Under the pieces are notes generated by a model, which was not told where the DNA came from, made no database searches, and worked only from the letters and a program-made list of their open reading frames with translations. A stretch of 64,000 bases of DNA from the human T2T-CHM13v2.0 reference genome, Homo sapiens. The position numbers were made by a program, and so were the translations under genes. Of this stretch, positions 56,970 through 64,000 are shown piece after piece; positions within the stretch are counted from its first letter, which is position 1; every line of letters starts with the position of its first letter. The stretch lies in assembly GCF_009914755.1 (NCBI RefSeq), contig NC_060936.1; one strand, written 5' to 3'.

Positions 56970-57407
56970 GTACTGTTTTATTTTCTTATCCTCTTCTTTA
57001 CCCCTAGAGCTGTATAATAATGTACTACTAGTGCCATTGTGACTTTAGCTGCATGAGACAATCTTCCTTTCATTCTTCATCTTACATTTCACTTTCCCGA
57101 GAGGACTGCTGCTGGGTAGCACAGTTTCCATTGCCTGATCCTGAGAACAAAGACGTTTCCTTGCTGTGTTTTAATTTAAGATCTACCTTTATTGGTGATA
57201 TTGAGATCAGAACCCATGCCTCTCACTGGAGTACTGTTAAACTTTTAGTATGTTTAACTTCCACTCTGCCTAAGTGACTTTTACTCAGCAGCATAGGATT
57301 TCCAGATCTAAAAACCATTTTTATGTTAATAATTTACTTATCTACTATTTAGGGAATGAATTTCCCTAACTTTCTTTTTAATTTGTTTCCCTTTTGATGA
57401 TATCTAG

Positions 57408-57515
57408 AGAACTACGTAGAGAAGTTATAATGCTGGCCTGCAGTTTTGGCAACAAGCACTGTCACCAACAGGCATCAACACTTATTTCAGATTGGATTTC
57501 CAGCAACAGGAACAG
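57408..57515 (+). CDS. TRHDE: TRHDE coding exon (probably exon 15), 108 nt: ELRREVIMLACSFGNKHCHQQASTLISDWISSNRN(R)
   Basis: Branch-like CCCTAAC (57364-57370), acceptor atctAG (57406-57407), donor CAG|GTAAAC (57516); M1 domain IV AC.....C...A...W pattern. Confidence 0.94.
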
Positions 57516-60500
57516 GTAAACTGAGCCAAATCCTGTATTTCTGATATTATTTAATAGTGCTTTCAGAGTCTCAGTGGATGCATTTCATTTACCAACTGGA
57601 GAAAAACAAGATAAGGAAAAACAAAAGCATGCAGCAACATTTTGTGTCAGGTTCACAGCTTCCAAGGCAATAGTGTGAAAGTCACAATACAGGTATCTTT
57701 GAAATGTTTCATTGACTTTATGCTAACTTTATTAATTTAGGTCTTTATTTTTAAATATATTTAAGTTGTCACCTTATTTCAAGTTTTGAAAGCTCTGCTA
57801 TCTCATAAGAACAAAATAATGAAATTCAATCCAGACTCTTTCAGGTTCTTTATAAAGGTTGTGGTATTTATTCGTAGAACAATTACCAGCATATGTCATA
57901 AACAAAGTAGCATAACAAATGTTAATATTAAAAACTAAAAATAAAAGGTTATGAAAAAAAGATCTTTCCTTTTTCAGTGACCCTTGACAATGACCTTAAA
58001 CTTGTATCTTATCTTAGAATTTTGCAATATAGTATTTTAATATATGAGGTTAAAATTGTTTAATTAAATTACTTTTAAGGAAAAAAATACTGTGCTAAAT
58101 GTCACTTGTTAATGAAAGGAATACTAAACATAAAAATAATCGAAGATTATTGGTATTATGCCTACAGTATTTTAAGCCTTCTTAAGGTACCTTTATATTT
58201 TCAAGGGTATTAATGTACCATTTCTTTTTACACTTTGGACAACTGATATCCATTCCTCTCCAGTTTTTGGCCCCCATAACTAGAGTCTTTCCTCCTAGGA
58301 AGGAAGAGAAGCTAGGGCTTGATTTGTACAGATGATGCCATTTTATGTGCAACAGCGGGGTTGTTCCTGATATGCATGTGAGGGATGATCCCATGAGCAA
58401 CAAAGAAAGACACTTGTACTGGTTAAACTTAGAGAACCGCAGTCAGTATAACCTACTTAGGAATGAATTGGTATTTGTCTTGTTAAGAGCTGTTTAGGTT
58501 TAGATTTAATATCTAACTGACTAGATCAAAGAGTAACTATTCTGTTCGAAAGGTCTCTGTAGGAATCTTTCACTACATTATTTAGTAACTCATAATACCT
58601 CACCTTCCTGTAGCATTTCCTGCTTGCCCTCTAAATTAATTGTTTCTGGTCTTATACAAGCTAAAAAGGAAAATATTTTATCAGTATCATCTACCAATTG
58701 ATCTATCATATATTTGAAGACAGTGATCCAATATTTCATCTGTCTTCTCTAGAACCAAACTGTACCCATTTTTAAAATTTTCAAGATTTTTTGCTAAGTC
58801 TTCTGGGAACTATTTCATTAGACCTGAAAATGTTATACAAACTTTTTTGCTATTTTTACCACCTCCTTCAATTCTACCACGTTTAATCAGACCATGGAAG
58901 TAAACATTTATCCAACATAAATACAGCCAAAATTTTATTAAAATCCATATCATATATACATATAAAAAAGATGAAACATATTATGGAGAAAGTATAGTGT
59001 CTTCTCTCTTCCCTTTTGTTTTTGTGTGTTTTGTTTGTTTTTGTTTTATCTTGCTATCAACATGTGCCCTTTTTCAGAGCTGATTATTGTTTTAACACTT
59101 TAATGGGTCTACTCACATAAACATGTTTTTCTACCATGTTATTAAAATTGGACTCACACCATTGCATCACCATAATTTCTCTAGAAAGCATTCAAGCCTA
59201 ATATCACTGTCTAAATTTTAGAAATATAGCTGTTGGGGAAAATGCTATTTTAAAAATAGTTCATTTATTTAAGAATACTTTTTGAATAATTCTCAGTACC
59301 ATCTGGTAGCTGGAAATCAAAGAAGTGGATCTTAACATTCATAGAGGAACTGTTTTTTAAACAGTTTTATTTTCAAGTAAGAACTAAGTACAAGATAGAG
59401 TGTGAACACAAAGAAAGGAAACATTACTATCTTGGAGGGATCTCATTCTGATTCATGAAGGATAAGTAAGATTTAAGTGGATAGGGGCAGGACTGAAGGC
59501 AGTGGTAGGTATCTATCTATGAATATGTAAGGTGGGTAGATGGGAATTGCAGACAGAAGAAAGCCACATGCATTGCTGTTTAATTTAATAATTGCGGTCA
59601 CGTTTGACTTGTAAACTTGAACAATTCATCAGCTCATTTTGGTTTTGGTAACTCTGCCACTTATCTGTGGTAAAATAATGAAATTTGGGCCAAACAAGAT
59701 TCTTTTGTCATTTCCTTCATTAATTCTATTTTATATTCTCTGCTTTGCTTTCTTTTGTAACTGGGAAAGTAAACATGTTAAGTGAAATTAACTCTGTTTA
59801 CTAAGATTTGCTTAACCCACTACATGACGTGCCCAGCAAACACAAGTCACCTCCTGCAGCGAGGACACATAATATCCACTATGCTGCTAGGTGTGTGTGA
59901 AGATCAGAGGTGTAATCTGTATTTTTTGGATGACAGCTTGATAATTAAACAATAATGCAATCCTGTAGTTGGTGCTGAGTTTAATCTCAAATTGAGTCAA
60001 GAAGGAAAGAACTTTTTTTTTTTAAATGGCCCTATAGCAATAGACCAGTAATCCTTGTTTGTTTGCTTTTTATTTGTTTAACTGAAGCCTTAAATAGAGT
60101 GATTTACAAAAGTCATCTAAGAAAAGAATACTAGAGGTAATGTAGTAGTATATTTATGAAATGTCTTGGGAAATAAATATTTATTCTAATATGTCTACAA
60201 AACAGTGAGTCATAGAAGTAGCAGGGATTGCAAATTTGGGGGTGTTGTACTATTATGCAGCATAATCTTGATACATTGGGGATATGGGTAAAATCAGTGA
60301 CATCAGAATCACAAAACTGGAATGAATGTGAAAGGTGCTGCAAGGAGGGATAATGGGACCAAAAAGTACAATGAATAGCTAGAGATGGTAGCAGCAGAAA
60401 GAAAAATTCACGAGTTACAGTGGATGATAAATTGATTGAGTTGACATTCTAATACCTGTTAAAATATTCAAATGCTACAGTGTGTTGAATTGCAATGGTG

Positions 60501-61736
60501 ATGTCATGCATAAAAATGGATTGAGCTACATTCAGGTCTTGTTAGGCTGCAATTTGGAGACTAAGCTCAACAAAAAAGCACATTTCAAAAAGGAGACAAA
60601 TTGCCAAGCATTTGGTGGAGATACAATGCAAATGATAAAAAGATCTTGAAAACATGAGCTGTGAGAGGAGCTTGTGAAACTTGAAAATCTCAAAAAATAA
60701 AAAAAAAAGACACAGAAAAGATGATGGCCTTTTTCTATGCATAAAAGCATTATAAAGAGAATAGAAATTGGTTTCTTTCACTGGTTGGTGCAAATAAGCA
60801 AGAAATAATAGGCCTAAGTCTCACTGAGTAGAAAAAAAATAGTACATAGTATTACTGCAGATGAACTGTTATTTAAAATCTCTTTGTTAAAACACAATGT
60901 TGTACAGTTAACTGTACAGAGATCAAATATGGTATTATAGGGTTTTCTCTAAGTAATAAATTTGACCAGAAGTTAAATATGTATCATAATAATGTATTTA
61001 AATACTGTTAAAGGGCACAATTTAAAGCTGTAAGCCAATACAAAGTAAAGTTTTAAAGCATTTAATCAAAAGCATTACTAAATAGATAATAATGTCCATT
61101 CCCTAACATAAATTGAAGACTGGTATCTTCACTATACTTAAAAAAATACCCTGAAACAACACAGCACCTTGTTATATAGTAAATGTTTATTGAATTGAAA
61201 TGAATTGAGTATTCATTTTGAAACCGAAAAAAAAAGTCAATTCTATAATAAAAATTCTAAGTAGAGGCACATCTCTACTTTGCAACATACATAATACATG
61301 AGCTTCACTACTTATTCAATTAATTATAGCATTACTAGTATTGTCTTTAATGATGATCATAAAGCTATATTTTCTTTACTATATTGAGCATTTACTACAT
61401 TATGGGTGCTGGCTAAGTGCTTTTTGTGTATTATCTCACTATTTTTATTTTTTATTTTACCAAAACCAAATTCTAAATTTACAAAGGTTATGCAACTTGC
61501 CAAGATTATATGATAATAGGTGGTAGAGCTGGACTTCTTTACCCAGCTTGCCTGCCCCCTAACACTGTTGTATGTGGTTCTGTGGTATATTACACTACTA
61601 TATATCAGTAAGATACATTAGTTCAAATATGGTAAAATAAATAAATAAAAATTGTCCTACAGACCTCAAGTACTCACTTCGGTGAGTAAGCAACAGCTTT
61701 ATGTACATGGGTTGCATGGTGCTATATGGCAGAAGC

Positions 61737-61918
61737 CAGTGGTTTTTGAACCTGAACATGCACCTGAAACATCAGATGGGATTAAAACAGTTTGTTGGGC
61801 TCCACCCTCTGAGTTTCTGATTTAGTAGGTAGAATGAGGCCCAAGGTTTTGTATTTTTAACAAGTTCCCAGGTAATGTTGATGCTGTTGATATAGGTACC
61901 ACACTTTGGGAATCGCTG
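61737..61918. mobile_element. MER5A (hAT-Charlie non-autonomous element)
   Basis: ~180 bp; CAGTGGTTTTTGAAC / TTTGGGAATCGCTG terminal inverted repeats; GAGTTTCTGATTTAGTAGG and AACAAGTTCCCAGGTAATG core. Confidence 0.8.
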
Positions 61919-63453
61919 GTGTAGGGAAAGGTTACTGTTTTCAGAGTTGAGACACTTGTGATCAAATTGAAGTTGTTTCCCTAAATAACCTTGGAAAAGT
62001 CTTTTAGTTTCCTCATCTGCAAAATGGCAATCATATTACTAACCACACAGGTCATGAGAGTTATGTAAAAGAATGCCTATATAATACTTAACCTTTGCAG
62101 AAAATTATAAAACACTAGTGTTCTTCAGAGTTACCCTCTACTTGTTTTCACTATCTTTGGGTAGTGGGTCGTGTGAATTTTAAGTGGGGACAGTAGAGAT
62201 AGTAACACTTATTGAATGCCTTCAATGCTCAATCTACCCTCTATAAGTTTTGAGTCTTACAAGGATGTGACCTGTGACATAAAATGTAAAACAAAATGCT
62301 ACCTTAGAGATTCTCAATTAGGAGCAGGAGGACATTTGCCCCTTTTCCCCTATTTTGAAGAACAGTGCCTGTCTTGGCCTCCTGGCAAATATAACTGTTT
62401 CATCCTTGCTCTTAATCAGTTGCTATTCATGGCAAATGTCCCTTTGTCCACCAGAACTCACTTTATCTCATAGTGTAGAGAGCTCCAGATAACTGTGTTC
62501 CTTTATGTCTGATCCTTCTCATCAATGTTTGCTTTTCTTATGTGAGAACATAAAGGTGGAGGGACAAAAGGCTCTTTTCACTATGGTCTGTGTATATCTC
62601 GTCCAGAAACCTCATGTTTTCTTTCTCCAAAACATAGATCCGAACTTACTGTTTATGTTTCCAAGTTGGTGTGGTCCTATTTCCTCAGTTCTTTATACCA
62701 CTATTTTTCTTTTTCTTATTATAAAACTGTTCCACTCTAAATTTTCATAGGCTAAAGTCAGACCTGCCACTCTAGTGCTGTAACCAGCATAGACATTTTG
62801 TAGACCAGTGAATACAGCAAGGAGTTTGTATGGAATAGCAAAAAGAACAGGGCTGCCCGCCCTTCCAATGAGCTGGGCTTAGGAATTAGCTTGTCCTTTG
62901 TCATTAAACGGTTGTGGCTTTAGACAAGTCAGTTAACTTCTCAAAATCTCAACTGTATTTCTGAAGTAAGGAGATTGCCCCCAAATTTCCAGTGCTTATA
63001 TCAGCTCTAAAAGTTCAAAATTTCACACTCACTCAATATAAAACTTCAGGGCACTTTTTTTGTTGCATCATATGCTTAGAAAAATAACTTTAAGGATAAT
63101 CATCTTCCTTCCTTCACCTTTCTGCCATAGGAATTTTATATATCAGTAGTTATAGCTATTCAGTTCATTGTGAATTTTTGCCTGCAGAGTCCTAGCACAG
63201 AAACTTAGAGATTGGTCATAAGAGTCTTTAAAGAAGAAAATGGTATGGGCACTTCTGGCATTCACAGTTATCATCAAAATCATCATTACTATTGACACCT
63301 CATTTTCAATTTATTCCTTCATAGTTCTTTAAGGTTGAAAAATAAAATATTTAATATGCTCCATCCCTCATTGTGGACAGTTGCAATATTGTAGGACCAG
63401 ATTCACCAGTCTACATATGGGTAATGGCATGTCTGGTTAATAGTCAACTTGAC

Positions 63454-63719
63454 TTTCTTTTTTTAAAAAAACGAGATCTCGTTCTATTATCCAAGTGCAG
63501 TGGCACTGTCATAAGTTACTTCACCCTCAAACTCCTAGGCTCAAGTAACACTCCCACTTCAGCATCCCAATATATCTAGGCCTACAGCCCCACACCACCA
63601 CACCTGGCTAATTTTTTTTTTTTTTTGAGACAGGGTCTCACTATATTGCCCAGGCTTGCTGGTCCTAAACTCCTGGTCTCAAGCAATCCTCCTGCCTTAG
63701 TCTGTCAAAGTGCTGGGAT
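63454..63719 (-). mobile_element. Diverged AluJ (Jo-like)
   Basis: GAGACAGGGTCTCACTATATTGCCCAGGCT, CTCAAGCAATCCTCCTGCC; degenerate TSD caacttgacttt / cgactggacttt. Confidence 0.82.
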
Positions 63720-64000
63720 CGACTGGACTTTTAACTTTTCTAAAATAAGATGCTATTGCATATTTCTTCCATAGTTATAAGTTTACTTGTTTTAACCAGT
63801 ATTAGTTCAAACTCTTACAGTACTTGATTCAGATGTAAAACATACTGAGCCTCTGCCATGTTCCAGCCATCATGCTGAAAGTCACCAGGGATCCAATGAT
63901 GAACAAAAGAACATGCCTCCTACCTTACAATCTAATGGGGTAGACCAATGCTAATCAGACGTCAGATGTAATACAAATAATGTAGTATTTTAACTGTGAT

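Noticed and set aside
56970-57407. U12-type intron, suggested by TTTCCCTAAC at 57361-57370
   Set aside because: The 5' end is GTACTGTT rather than GTATCCTT, and the motif is ~38 nt from the AG with a pyrimidine tract between; this fits a U2 branch point.

Overview
AT-rich, CpG-depleted primate genomic DNA, almost certainly human. It lies inside TRHDE (TRH-degrading ectoenzyme / pyroglutamyl peptidase II, M1 aminopeptidase family) on the + strand. Six internal coding exons (4318-4406, 11014-11147, 11246-11301, 54655-54802, 56872-56969, 57408-57515) have GT-AG boundaries with matching phases and splice into one stop-free frame. From my recollection of the 19-exon gene they are probably exons 10-15; this numbering is not verifiable here. 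The rest is intron, including a 43.4-kb intron with about 12 Alus across the window, young and old L1s, solo MaLR LTRs, Tigger1, MER5A, L2 and MIR, microsatellites, and a full-length processed CHCHD3 (MIC19) pseudogene that splits an L2. Most ORFs in the supplied track are repeat-derived or chance ORFs. I find no support for a new multi-gene system. The best leads are: (1) a weak donor with a 23-residue read-through after putative exon 14, a possible human counterpart of the rat dominant-negative PPII* isoform; (2) an L1-into-Alu insertion with deletion and a fold-back duplication; (3) an inverted L1 pair; (4) a pristine AluYe5-like insertion; (5) a CTCF-like CpG-retaining site; (6) several palindromic templated-insertion scars. 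Repeat subfamily calls come from remembered consensus features, and boundaries of old repeats are approximate.
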